From IMG/VR virus record IMGVR_UViG_3300020201_000015, positions 25,370 through 89,369 of that record: a DNA stretch of 64,000 nt; one strand, 5' to 3'. The DNA is from a virus. A program made the position numbers and the translations under genes. Below the pieces are notes generated by a model. It worked only from the letters and a program-made list of their open reading frames with translations. It did no database searches and was not told the origin of the DNA. Below, piece by piece: positions 9,249-18,492 of the stretch (position 1 is the stretch's first letter; every line of letters begins with the position of its first letter).

Positions 9249-9970
9249 GCCACCCTTCCGCCCTTGAAGAGCTTCAGTTGACCATTGCGCTCGGCGCGCT
9301 TCGCGGCGGCGAGAAGGCGCTCCTCACGGGGCGACAGGAGACTGTGATGGTTGTTCTCGATCGCCTCGAGCGACTCGATCGTCTTGGCCAGCAGGTGCAT
9401 CGACACGGCCCACGGCGTGGACGCAGTGCGAATCTTGCGGACGTAGCCGATGACCTTCGCCTTCGAGTAGCCGCGGGCGTCGCAGACTCGGCGGATCGCC
9501 TGGCGAAGCTCGGCCATTGCGGCAGGGTCGTCGCCTATGCGCGCGGACGAGACGATGGTCTCGTCGAGTTGGGGTCGCTGGGCGCGGACGGCTTCGAGTT
9601 CGCCGCGGCGAAGCGACAGGAACAGCTTGATGAGCGAGACGCGCAAGGCGCTCGCTTGCGCGGTGCGCATCAGTGCCACGAGGTTGTAGGCCTGACCCTC
9701 GTTGAGCATGGGCTCCACGATGATGTCCTCGCGGAACTTGGTGGACCCCGGGATTTCGGTGCGCGATACCGTCTCGCGCACGCTAATCGCGCCGTGCGAC
9801 TCCAGTTCCGCGCGGTTGCGGTCGATGAGCGGCTTGACGTCGCGCGCGCGAAGCATGCCGCCGCGAGTCGCCACCTGGAAGGCGCCAATGCGGCGCTCGC
9901 TGTCGATGGTCTCAACGGTCCAGCCGTCGACCCGAACGATCTCCGCCCCGCCATTGCCGGCGGCGGTCAT
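9245..9970 (-). CDS. Rha-like phage regulatory/antirepressor protein
   Basis: LNEGQAYNLVALMRTAQASALRVSLIKLF resembles the Rha-family core; lies downstream of the XRE gene. Confidence 0.5.
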   Translation of the reverse strand: MTAAGNGGAEIVRVDGWTVETIDSERRIGAFQVATRGGMLRARDVKPLIDRNRAELESHGAISVRETVSRTEIPGSTKFREDIIVEPMLNEGQAYNLVALMRTAQASALRVSLIKLFLSLRRGELEAVRAQRPQLDETIVSSARIGDDPAAMAELRQAIRRVCDARGYSKAKVIGYVRKIRTASTPWAVSMHLLAKTIESLEAIENNHHSLLSPREERLLAAAKRAERNGQLKLFKGGRVA

Positions 9971-10278
9971 GCGACCTCGCTGGGATTGGTCCCGGACTTG
10001 GCGACGGCCCATCGTTCCTTTGCCTGCGTGATCGTAGGCTCAGCGAGCGAAGCGACCGCGTCGACGGCCAGGTCCCCGGCGATGTATGAGTCGAGCAGCG
10101 CCGTCGGGATGCCGATGCCCTTCGCGAACCGCAACCGAGCATCGTGCCCGCTCAGGCGGCGCCGCCCCCTTTCAAGGTGCACCACGTCCACCCGCGTGGA
10201 CTGGATCAGCAGTCCCAGCTCCTCCTGTGTGAGCTTCAGCTGCTTGCGCAGCGCCCGGATTCGATCGGCGAGTTCCAT
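9967..10278 (-). CDS. XRE-family HTH regulator (Cro/CI-like)
   Basis: LADRIRALRKQLKLTQEELG...VHLERG. Confidence 0.85.
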   Translation of the reverse strand: MELADRIRALRKQLKLTQEELGLLIQSTRVDVVHLERGRRRLSGHDARLRFAKGIGIPTALLDSYIAGDLAVDAVASLAEPTITQAKERWAVAKSGTNPSEVA

Positions 10279-10286
10279 CGACGATC

Positions 10287-10324
10287 ACGATGCGCCTTCG
10301 CGCCACACGTGTCAAGCGCGCACG
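10287..10324 (-). promoter_or_regulatory. leftward sigma70-type promoter with operator-like repeat
   Basis: TTGACA (10315-10310), N17, CATCGT (10292-10287), 8 nt before the XRE ATG, so near-leaderless. Confidence 0.65.
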
Positions 10325-10966
10325 TCATCGATCGCAACAAAACCCGTTCGGGACGGCGGTGTCGCGGCAGTTCGCCGGCGTGACTTCGTAGTCGTAGCAC
10401 TGCATCGGCGTCTCAATGGAGCAGTCGCACGACGGGTAGGTGTTGCCGCTGAGCGGGGCGCAGTCTGACTCGCAGCACCACGTAGGCCAGCCGTTCCCGT
10501 TGACCTGGACGCCCTCGAAGCAGTCGACGTACGGCGCGTCGAGGCAGGAATACGCGTACCGATCGGGGTCGCCGCACAGCGATGCACCGGCCTTGGCGGA
10601 GTCGGAAAACAGGACGCACACCTGAGCGGCCGCGCACTCGGCGACGATGCCGCCCGACGTCGACGATGCCGCGCTTGACGCAGTAGCCGCCGCGCTGGGG
10701 GCTGAGGCCGAACTGGACACCGAAGCCGTGGCGTCGTTCCCGCCAGACCCGACGACGTGCCCGGATGCAGACGATGAGACGGAGTCGGCGGTCGTGCCGC
10801 CTCCGCCCTCGCCCAGTCCGCCATCGCCTCCGGCAGACGCAGCCGCATCGTCTCCAGATCCGGATCCACCATGGCCGAACGCAAACGGCGCCGCCGGGTC
10901 ATTGTTGATGCAAGCGACGAGGAGAAAGGCGACGATGGGGAGGGCGGGCGAATGGATGTGGCGCAT
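10325..10966 (-). CDS. Cys-rich lipoprotein (myxobacterial style)
   Basis: Lipobox FLLVAC, Gly/Ser/Ala linker, Cys-rich C-terminal domain. Confidence 0.7.
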   Translation of the reverse strand: MRHIHSPALPIVAFLLVACINNDPAAPFAFGHGGSGSGDDAAASAGGDGGLGEGGGGTTADSVSSSASGHVVGSGGNDATASVSSSASAPSAAATASSAASSTSGGIVAECAAAQVCVLFSDSAKAGASLCGDPDRYAYSCLDAPYVDCFEGVQVNGNGWPTWCCESDCAPLSGNTYPSCDCSIETPMQCYDYEVTPANCRDTAVPNGFCCDR

Positions 10967-11041
10967 GGAAACAGGGTACGGCCGGCTCGTGGCTTTCTAG
11001 CTCCGCGAACACGAAAGGAGCGCGCCTCGGTCGATATTACG

Positions 11042-11079
11042 CGTGCGCCCTTGACACGTGTGCCGGTCGCACGCACTGT
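11042..11079 (+). promoter_or_regulatory. rightward sigma70-type promoter with operator-like repeat
   Basis: TTGACA (11051-56), N17, CACTGT (11074-79); 11042-11062 is a 20/21 inverted copy of 10304-10324. Confidence 0.6.
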
Positions 11080-11157
11080 CCCCTCGTGCTCAACAACACC
11101 ACCCCCGCAGCCGCCGCCCCGCCTAGCCGCCTTATTTGGGGCACCTGCAAATAGTTC

Positions 11158-11231
11158 TTGCACTGGGCACGTACCGGGTGCATACTCCTCTTGCCACCGA
11201 GAGACACGGACCCCCAAAGGACACCGACCCC
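11158..11231 (+). promoter_or_regulatory. repeated early promoter + leader, copy 1
   Basis: TTGCAC-N17-CATACT-cctcttgccaccgagagacacggaccc..aagga..ATG. Confidence 0.8.
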
Positions 11232-11519
11232 ATGACCACCTCGAAGATCGTCACCTTCACCCAGGCCGCCGCTATCCGCGCCATTCGCCTCCGTCGGGCT
11301 CGTCTGCTTGCGAGGGTCGACGCCGCTCACGTCGATCGCAACATTGAGATCGTAGTCTTCGGCGTACGCGCCGTCGTCGACATCGGCGTCGACACGATCC
11401 GGGTCTGGGACGCCGTCGCCGAGGACTACGTCCTCGACATCTCCGGGGCGGTCAGCGCCTGGGCGCGACCGCGCATCCTCGAAGCGGCGCGCCGAGAAGC
11501 GGCGCGCCGAGCCTCCTGA
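11232..11519 (+). CDS. hypothetical early protein
   Basis: ATG follows the promoter and an AAGGA ribosome-binding site. Confidence 0.65.
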   Translation: MTTSKIVTFTQAAAIRAIRLRRARLLARVDAAHVDRNIEIVVFGVRAVVDIGVDTIRVWDAVAEDYVLDISGAVSAWARPRILEAARREAARRAS

Positions 11520-11668
11520 GCCTCGTGAGCGCCCGTCGCGACGCCGTGGCCACCGTGCGCGGGGTCACGTGGACGCCACCTCCCGCGCCGGTGGCGCTGC
11601 CGCGGTATCCCGCAGCCCCGCCATCTGACGACCGACCCACCTGCCGCCCACCCATCAGGAGCATCGCA

Positions 11669-12196
11669 ATGACCACCGACGCCGACCTCGCCATCGCTTG
11701 GAGCACACTGTCGACGACGCTCCGCGCCTGGCGCCGCGAGCAGATCCTTGAGGCGGCTGTCGCCTTCGTCAACGCCGACCCGGCGACTGCGCTGCATGCC
11801 GTCGACATGGGCGACATGATGATGGCGGACGAACTCGCCGGCGAGCTACTCGGCGGCTACCCCGACCGCGCCACGCGGCACGCCATCGGGGCCGCCGTGC
11901 GCTACGAGGCCCGGCGACAGGCCGAGGTGGCACTCGCCGACGACGAGCACCCGCTTGCGTGGGGCATGGCTCACCGGGCGCTCGAGCGGGCGATCGCAAC
12001 CGACGACGAGGCGATCGCGACATGCGACGAGTGCCATGGCGCCGCGAAGGGGTGCGGCTGCTACGGCGGCCTGATGACGGACGAGGTGACGGCGCTGGCG
12101 CTACGCCTCCGCGACGCCGCCATTGCGGCTGCGTGGTCGGCGCAGACCGACGAGACCGGAGCCGCGAAGACGGCAGAGAGCGAGGCTGCAGCGTGA
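11669..12196 (+). CDS. hypothetical protein (CxxC motif)
   Basis: AGGAG before ATG 11669; first of a coupled series (12193, 12513, 12839, 13027, 13296). Confidence 0.6.
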   Translation: MTTDADLAIAWSTLSTTLRAWRREQILEAAVAFVNADPATALHAVDMGDMMMADELAGELLGGYPDRATRHAIGAAVRYEARRQAEVALADDEHPLAWGMAHRALERAIATDDEAIATCDECHGAAKGCGCYGGLMTDEVTALALRLRDAAIAAAWSAQTDETGAAKTAESEAAA

Positions 12197-13507
12197 GTGA
12201 CTACGATTACCGCTACCGCGGAGGCGCCACGTTGGGCGTCATCGATCGGCTGACTGCCGATCTCAACGACGCGAGGCGCGAGGTCGCTCGCCTGCGCCGC
12301 ATCATCGAAGACCCCGACATCATGGATCGCGCGGACCGGTCCTACTCGCGCTTCTATGGCGAGGCTGTCGATCTGCGCAAGGCGGCGAGCGACGTCCGTC
12401 GCTCGGACACGCTCGAAGCCTATCGACTCCTGCGCCTCTCCCGCCGATACCAGCGCGCAGCGGATCGGTGCGAGCGTATCGCAACCGGAGAGCCCGCGTT
12501 CCAGGTGTCGACGTGACTGCGCCGATCGGGCGGAGCATCGAGGAAACGCGCGACGCGTTCGTCGCCGAGACCAAGGTCAAGATCGATAACGTCACGATCT
12601 GCGCGGGCGCAGATGGCGTAGACGTCCAATTCCGCATCTGCGATGCGGACAAGGTCGCGCGCATTCTCGAGGGACTCGAGGCCGTCATCGAGCAGGCTGG
12701 CGGGCTGGACGACGCGACGACCGCCAGGGCTTGGCTCGCGAATGCCAGAAGCGGACGCGGACGCGTGGTGTCGCTTGAGGAGCGACTGCTGCGCAGCGTG
12801 GCGATCTTCGATGCGGCAGCGAGCGACAAGGAGGGAACATGAATCACCACCACATACAAGACCAGCGGCAGCGTGCCAGGGGCCTTCAGTACGCGGTCCG
12901 CCAGCTGACCTATTGCGTCGGCCTGCTGAAGCGCCGGCGCGACCTGGCGCAAGTCGACCTCGACGAAATGGCCGCGAGGCTCAACGAGGCCAACGACGAC
13001 CTTAGGGCGATCGAGGAGGGACGATCATGAGTGGAGTTCACGTAGGCGTACTGCGCCTGGATCAGGCCGACAGCGTCGAGCAGTGGGAGGCGCAGTTGGT
13101 CGCGGCGAAGGGCGGCGCGCTTGTGACCGCCGAGCAACGTGGCCGGCTGCAATCGCTCATCAGCGCCGCGTGTGCCGCGTCTCGGGCGCAGGGCGCGGCG
13201 TGGGTCGCCGAGGCATCTGGCATCGAGGTACGCAGGGCCGATGCGGCTGCGCTCGATGCCTACGCAGCGGTGCTGCTCGCGATCGAGGCTCTGCCGTGAC
13301 GGCCGCGCAGCGATGGGGCCCCACGCTGGCCGGCGACTTGATGGTCGGCAGCAGAATGATCGGAGCAAACTGTCGCATCGTCCGGGTGACCGGCATCACG
13401 TGGCATGGTTGCCACGTCCGGCTAGTCATGGACTACCGAGGTGTCGCCTCGGAGACGATGCACGAGTCCGATGAGGTTTGGGCAACCTTGTCCGAGGAGA
13501 CGGGAAC

Positions 13508-13813
13508 ATGAGCAACGCGATCACAGCGGCACGAGAGCCGCTCACGGACGGAGGCGAGGTACTGCGTCGTGCGCTCGAAGACTCTGCGGCGCTGCGAAGG
13601 CTCATGGCCAAGTGGCAGGTGACCATCACGCTCGGCGGCAAGCTACGCGGCAAGCGCGGGCCGGCTTGGACGCCCGAGGCGTTCTGCGACCTGGCGATTG
13701 CGGCAATCGATCGGCAGATCGCAGCAGGGTCGAGGCTCGTTCACATGACGTGGGGCCGCGCAGGCGAGGCGACCGTGTGGGAGCCGGTCGAGGACAGCGA
13801 CGGCGACGAGTGA
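13508..13813 (+). CDS. hypothetical protein containing a truncated TPExFRDLAIAAIERQIAAG module
   Basis: TPEAFCDLAIAAIDRQIAAGSRLVHMTWG in its C-terminal half. Confidence 0.55.
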   Translation: MSNAITAAREPLTDGGEVLRRALEDSAALRRLMAKWQVTITLGGKLRGKRGPAWTPEAFCDLAIAAIDRQIAAGSRLVHMTWGRAGEATVWEPVEDSDGDE

Positions 13814-13878
13814 CGGGCGCTGATCGCCTACGACGCGCGTCGTGGGCGATAGGGACCCAATCACTGGAGACTGACATC

Positions 13879-14853
13879 ATGGCATTCACGTTCAAGCGGG
13901 CCACGAAGGCCCAGGCAAAGCTGCGCCTCGCCGTCATCGGACCGAGCGGTGCGGGCAAGACATACTCCGCGTTGGCGATTGCGACGCACCTCGGGGAGCG
14001 CGTCGCCGTCATCGACACGGAGCGCGGCTCGGCGTCCAAGTACGCAGACAAGTTCGGCTTCGACGTGCTCGAGCTCGAGACGTTCGAGCCTGCGTCGTAC
14101 GTGGATGCCATCCACGCCGCCGAAGAGGCCGGGTTCGACGTCATCGTCATCGACTCGCTTTCCCACGCGTGGATGGGCAAGGGCGGCGCACTCGAGATGG
14201 TCGACAACGCGCAGCGCCGGCAGCGCACCCCGAACAGCTTCACCGCGTGGCGCGACGTCACGCCCGAGCACAACAAGCTCGTGGAGGCGATCGTTACCTG
14301 CCGCGCGCACATCGTCGTGACGATGCGCGCAAAGACCGAGTACGTCCAAGAGAAGGACGAGCGCGGCAAGACGACCATTCGCAAGATCGGGCTGGCTCCC
14401 GTCCAGCGAGACGGCCTCGAGTACGAGTTCGACGTGGTCTGTGACATCGACCTCGACAACGTCCTGGTGGTAAGCAAGACGCGCTGCACGGAGATGGCCG
14501 AGCGCACCTTCAAGAAGCCTGGCAAGGACGTGGCCGACGTGCTGCGTGCGTGGCTGTCAGACGGCACGGCGCCCGTCGAGCGAGCCAGGCCGCCGGCTGA
14601 GCGCCCCGCGCCGGTGGCAGAGATCGAGCGCCGCCATGACCCGGCCACCATGCCAGAGACTGGGCCGACGCCGATGTTCATCGCGATCGGCACGCAGATC
14701 GAGCAGGCCGAGCACGAGGAGGAGGTCGACGCGCTGATGAACGAGGCGCGCGAAGCCTTCCGGGGCCACCTGATGACCAAGGACCAGGGCAAGACGCTCG
14801 GGGACGTCGCGACCCGCCGCAAGGCCGCACTGCGCGGCGAGGCTGCGGCGTGA
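13879..14853 (+). CDS. AAA_24/Sak4-like P-loop ATPase (recombination)
   Basis: GPSGAGKT, VIDTERGS, IDSLSHAW, GLEYEFD; lies near the nuclease and SSB genes. Confidence 0.85.
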   Translation: MAFTFKRATKAQAKLRLAVIGPSGAGKTYSALAIATHLGERVAVIDTERGSASKYADKFGFDVLELETFEPASYVDAIHAAEEAGFDVIVIDSLSHAWMGKGGALEMVDNAQRRQRTPNSFTAWRDVTPEHNKLVEAIVTCRAHIVVTMRAKTEYVQEKDERGKTTIRKIGLAPVQRDGLEYEFDVVCDIDLDNVLVVSKTRCTEMAERTFKKPGKDVADVLRAWLSDGTAPVERARPPAERPAPVAEIERRHDPATMPETGPTPMFIAIGTQIEQAEHEEEVDALMNEAREAFRGHLMTKDQGKTLGDVATRRKAALRGEAAA

Positions 14854-15248
14854 CGCCCGAGCAGTTTCGTGACTTGGCGATTGCGGCAATCGAGCGGCAG
14901 ATCGCCGCGGGGATTGGTCTCATCCGGCGAGACTGGGGCACCATCTTGAACGACGACGCATCGCTACCAGTGCTGTCATGTGGCTGCGCGGTCACCCTGA
15001 CCGTGCAGGACACCGACCCAGCGGCAGCGCGATCGCTCGTGCTAACCGAAGGCGATAGCTCCGTCGTCGCAGCCGGCGCGCTCGGCCTGACACCAGGTCA
15101 GGTGGATCTTTTCATCATCGGCTTCGAGGCATTTGGCCAAGAAGCATTTGGTTCAGCCGACGACGACCCGTGCCTTCACGCCAACGCGTGGCGCAAAGCC
15201 GGCGCGGTCGTCGCCAAGCGGTTCGCTGCTCAGTTGAGCGAGCCATGA
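14850..15248 (+). CDS. paralog family protein (TPEQFRDLAIAAIERQIAAG, CGCA)
   Basis: Shared N-terminus, CGCA and F..GF motifs. Confidence 0.7.
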   Translation: MTPEQFRDLAIAAIERQIAAGIGLIRRDWGTILNDDASLPVLSCGCAVTLTVQDTDPAAARSLVLTEGDSSVVAAGALGLTPGQVDLFIIGFEAFGQEAFGSADDDPCLHANAWRKAGAVVAKRFAAQLSEP

Positions 15249-15601
15249 CGCCCGAGGCGTTTCGGGACGTCGCCATCGCCGCAATCGAGCGGCAGATCGC
15301 GGCAGGGTCGAGGCTCATTCACATGGCGTGGGGCCGCGCAGGTGACCCAGGTTGCCCGGTGGAGTGCGGGTGCGCGCTGACGCTGGTCGCGCAGGACATG
15401 GATCCGGATCGGGCGCGCGCGATGGTCGCCGGCACGTTGTCGGACTGCGCGGTCATCCAGCTATCAGCGGATGCCATTGGCCTGTCGTGGGACCAGGCGA
15501 ATTGTTTTATGGATGGGTTTGATAACGACGCGTACCCAAACATGGGCGTATGGTACGCGGCAGGCGTCGCCATTGCCTGGCGGTTCAAGGGTGCGTCATG
15601 A
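15245..15601 (+). CDS. paralog family protein
   Basis: Same motifs as 14850-15248. Confidence 0.7.
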   Translation: MTPEAFRDVAIAAIERQIAAGSRLIHMAWGRAGDPGCPVECGCALTLVAQDMDPDRARAMVAGTLSDCAVIQLSADAIGLSWDQANCFMDGFDNDAYPNMGVWYAAGVAIAWRFKGAS

Positions 15602-16005
15602 CGCCCGAGCAGTTTCGTGACTTGGCGATTGCGGCAATCGAGCGGCAGATCGCAGCAGGCGTGCAGCTCGTCTGGCATCACTGGGGCGTCACCGACGTCG
15701 ACGGCGCCTCGCTGACGTGCGGGTGCGCGATCACCTTGGCCGTTCAGGAAGCAGACCCAGCTGCGGCGCTGGTGGTGGCACTGAGCAGCAGCTCGCCAGA
15801 ACAGCGGTTCGCCGCCGCGGCTACGGCGCTCGGGCTGACGCCAGAGCAGGTCGAGCTTTTCGTCGGCGGTTTCGACGACCCGACCGCCTTCGGCGAGCCG
15901 TCTGATGACCCGTGGTTCCTCGCCGGCGCCGCCGTGGCGGCGCGCTTCGCTCCTGTGGCGACCATCGAGTCTCTCGTGCTCGGGACCATGCAGGCATTGC
16001 CATGA
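15598..16005 (+). CDS. paralog family protein
   Basis: 15599-15653 is identical to 14851-14905. Confidence 0.7.
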   Translation: MTPEQFRDLAIAAIERQIAAGVQLVWHHWGVTDVDGASLTCGCAITLAVQEADPAAALVVALSSSSPEQRFAAAATALGLTPEQVELFVGGFDDPTAFGEPSDDPWFLAGAAVAARFAPVATIESLVLGTMQALP

Positions 16006-17270
16006 CATCGTCCATCATGAACATCCGCCTCCCCAGCGCGAGTAAGGTCAGCCTCGCGATGCGGTGCGCGTACAGCTTCTCACGACACGCGCCACGCATG
16101 CCGTGGGAACCTTCGTCGCCCGCCGCAGAGCACGGCGTGGCGGTGCATTCGCTCGGCGAGGCAATCGTCGAGGCGGTCGTCGAGGGCATCGTCGAGGGCA
16201 TCGTCCAGGCGATGACGGAAGCGATCGTCGATGGCGTCATCGAGTGCTCGCCCGAGGTAGAGCCCTACCGCGACCCGCTTACCGAGGCCATCGCGATGCT
16301 GCGCGCCGAAGGCTGGGTCCTGGCGGCAGAAGTGCCGATGGCGTACTGGCCAGCTACCGGCTCCGCTCGCGCGCTCAAGAAGGGCGGCGGTCATCGGGCG
16401 TACGCCGACGTGAAGTCCCACGAGATGTCGGGGACGGCGGACATCGTCGGGGTGAAGCCGGGGCGGGTCATCGTCGTCGACATCAAGACCGGTCGCAGCG
16501 CACGGTCGCACTCGGCGCTTGAGACCGATCAACTGCGCATGCTGGCCGTTGGGTTCGCGGCCATCTACGGCGCCACATCTGTCGAGGTCGCATTGCTCCA
16601 CGTCGAGCCGGGCGACTACTACCTCGACCGCGGCGAGCTCTACGCGTGGGACCTGGAGGAGACGGCTGACTCGCTGCGCGCGCTGGCCGAGATGGCTGAC
16701 CCTGTGCCGACGCCAGGCATGCACTGCACCACGATGTGGTGCCCCATCCGCGCGGTGTGCCCGGCGACTCTCGTAGCAGTCCAGCGAATCGACGCGGAGG
16801 TAGCGCGCGCGTTCCCGGGCGCGATGACCACGGTCGACAGCGACGACAAGGCCCGTGCGGCTCGCGTCGCGTTGCTGCTCTACGACGAGCGGGCGGACGC
16901 GCTCAAGGCATCGCTTGACGAGTACATCCGGCACCGCGGCGCGGTCGACATGGGCGACGGCACATCGTACGGGCTGACCGTCCAAGAGCGAGAGCGAGTC
17001 ACGCTCGACGCCAGCGCCGTGCAGACGTTGGTCGACCACGGCGCACTCGAGGCGGTCGAGTACCGCACAAGCAAAGAGGCCATCAAGCGCTCGCTCGCGG
17101 CCCGGTATCCAGGCCGTGGTAAGTCGATCAAGCGGTTCCGCGACCTGCTCGATGCGCTTCGGGCGGCTGGTCACGTGAGGACCAGCGCGTTCGAGCGCTT
17201 CGACAGCATCAAGAACAACAGCAAGCAGAGCGACAGCTACGACAGCAACGAAGAGGAGAACGCGGCATGA
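16002..17270 (+). CDS. PD-(D/E)xK exonuclease (RecB/Cas4-like phage recombination nuclease)
   Basis: HGVAVH, GTADIV, VVDIKTG, QLRML, C-terminal CxxxxCxxxxxC. Confidence 0.75.
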   Translation: MTSSIMNIRLPSASKVSLAMRCAYSFSRHAPRMPWEPSSPAAEHGVAVHSLGEAIVEAVVEGIVEGIVQAMTEAIVDGVIECSPEVEPYRDPLTEAIAMLRAEGWVLAAEVPMAYWPATGSARALKKGGGHRAYADVKSHEMSGTADIVGVKPGRVIVVDIKTGRSARSHSALETDQLRMLAVGFAAIYGATSVEVALLHVEPGDYYLDRGELYAWDLEETADSLRALAEMADPVPTPGMHCTTMWCPIRAVCPATLVAVQRIDAEVARAFPGAMTTVDSDDKARAARVALLLYDERADALKASLDEYIRHRGAVDMGDGTSYGLTVQERERVTLDASAVQTLVDHGALEAVEYRTSKEAIKRSLAARYPGRGKSIKRFRDLLDALRAAGHVRTSAFERFDSIKNNSKQSDSYDSNEEENAA

Positions 17271-17710
17271 TCAGCGCAACGGTAGCGGGACGGATTGCAA
17301 GGGACGCAGAGCTGAAGATGGCGGGCCAGACGCAGATCTGCGAGTTCAGCGTGCCGCACCAAGACAAGCGGGACGGCCCCACGACCTGGGTACGATGCAC
17401 GATCTTCGGCGAGCGCGGCGCAAAGCTAGTGCAGTACCTGACCAAGGGCACCAGCGTCGCGGTGAGTGGCAGGCTCACGGTGCGGGAGTACGAGGGCGCC
17501 AAGGGTAAGGGCGTTAGCGTCGAGTTGAAGGCCGACGACGTGGCTCTACTCGGCGGCGGCACTCGCGCAGATGGCGCGGCGACCGGCGGTGGCGACAACG
17601 GCGCATCCCGCTACGGGACGAGCGGCCACGGTGCCAGCGCGAAGCATACCGGCTCGCAAGGAAAGTCGGACGACTTCGGCTACGGCGGCAACGACGACAT
17701 CCCCTTCTGA
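17267..17710 (+). CDS. ssb: single-stranded DNA-binding protein
   Basis: OB-fold pattern, YLTKGTSVAVSGRL, acidic tail ending DDIPF. Confidence 0.92.
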   Translation: MISATVAGRIARDAELKMAGQTQICEFSVPHQDKRDGPTTWVRCTIFGERGAKLVQYLTKGTSVAVSGRLTVREYEGAKGKGVSVELKADDVALLGGGTRADGAATGGGDNGASRYGTSGHGASAKHTGSQGKSDDFGYGGNDDIPF

Positions 17711-17776
17711 CTCTCCGCCACCTGTTCCAGCCCGCCCGGCAGCCGCAAGGCCCCGGGCTTGGGCCGTTGAGGCATC

Positions 17777-18106
17777 ATGACCCAGGCCAAGATCGAGTTT
17801 CAGTGCCCCAAGTGCGGCGCGTCTACGGAGGTTTGCAGCAAAGACTGCGAGCGCCGCCGCGGCACCTGCCCAGGGTTCGTCTGCGAATGCGACGACTACG
17901 ACAGCGGCCCCCATCGCGGCCCCGATCACGGCGAGTCGTTTGCCAACGCATGCTCGTGCGCCTGCTGCGGCTGCTGCGGCTGGTCGGGGACGTTCCCGCA
18001 GAAGCCGAAGGGGTTACAGGCATGGGAGAAGAAGGCGCTGGAGGCCGGGTGGTGCCCGCCGGACCTGCGGGCCAAGGAACTGGGGATGAAAGGTGGCGAC
18101 TCGTGA
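17777..18106 (+). CDS. Cys-rich Zn-binding protein
   Basis: CPKCG, CECD, CACCGCCG. Confidence 0.55.
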   Translation: MTQAKIEFQCPKCGASTEVCSKDCERRRGTCPGFVCECDDYDSGPHRGPDHGESFANACSCACCGCCGWSGTFPQKPKGLQAWEKKALEAGWCPPDLRAKELGMKGGDS

Positions 18107-18492
18107 CTGCAACCGAAGACATTCGCGCCCTACCGTTGTCCGTCGACGTGGAACTCGTGTTCGAGATTGAGCCGGCGACACACGCCAACGAGCCGAACGA
18201 ACTGCGGCAGCAGTTGGCTAAGGCGCGAGCGCAGCGCGATGCCGTGGTGCATGCGGTAGGCGCAGGGTCGGTAGATCCTGACGTAGTAGCAGAGGCCATA
18301 GGCGTGTTGCGGTCGATGCGCGCAGCGAAAGAGAAGGCCGACGCTGATCGTGACGAGGCGCGTAGGCAACTCGCGATCGTCGAGGTCGAGCGCGACGAGG
18401 CGCTGGCGAAGCTCGATGCGGCGCGAGCGATGGTGCGACTGACCCTCGCGGACGCAGTCGACTACGTGGCCGAGTGCGACCTCGTGCCATGA
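18103..18492 (+). CDS. coiled-coil hypothetical protein
   Basis: Coupled ORF with xRDEA repeats. Confidence 0.5.
   Translation: MTATEDIRALPLSVDVELVFEIEPATHANEPNELRQQLAKARAQRDAVVHAVGAGSVDPDVVAEAIGVLRSMRAAKEKADADRDEARRQLAIVEVERDEALAKLDAARAMVRLTLADAVDYVAECDLVP

Noticed and set aside
9278-10468. Long antisense or alternate-frame ORFs here and throughout (e.g. 13626-14822, 26017-27216)
   Set aside because: Shadow ORFs typical of high-GC DNA; they overlap genes with clear motifs and are Arg/Pro-rich without recognisable domains.
14850-16005. Paralog repeats as DGR template/variable repeats
   Set aside because: There is no reverse transcriptase in the window and the differences are not adenine-specific.
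16151-16250. Short ATCGTCGAGG(C/G)-type tandem repeats as an array or iterons
   Set aside because: They are an in-frame coding repeat (IVEA-VVEG-IVEG-IVQA) inside the nuclease gene.
16002-17270. Nuclease as CRISPR adaptation Cas4
   Set aside because: It sits between a Sak4-like ATPase and SSB, the usual phage recombination module, and cas1/cas2 are absent.
17711-17776. GC-rich stem-loop after ssb as an intrinsic terminator or tRNA
   Set aside because: No U tract and no cloverleaf; ordinary intergenic structure cannot be excluded.
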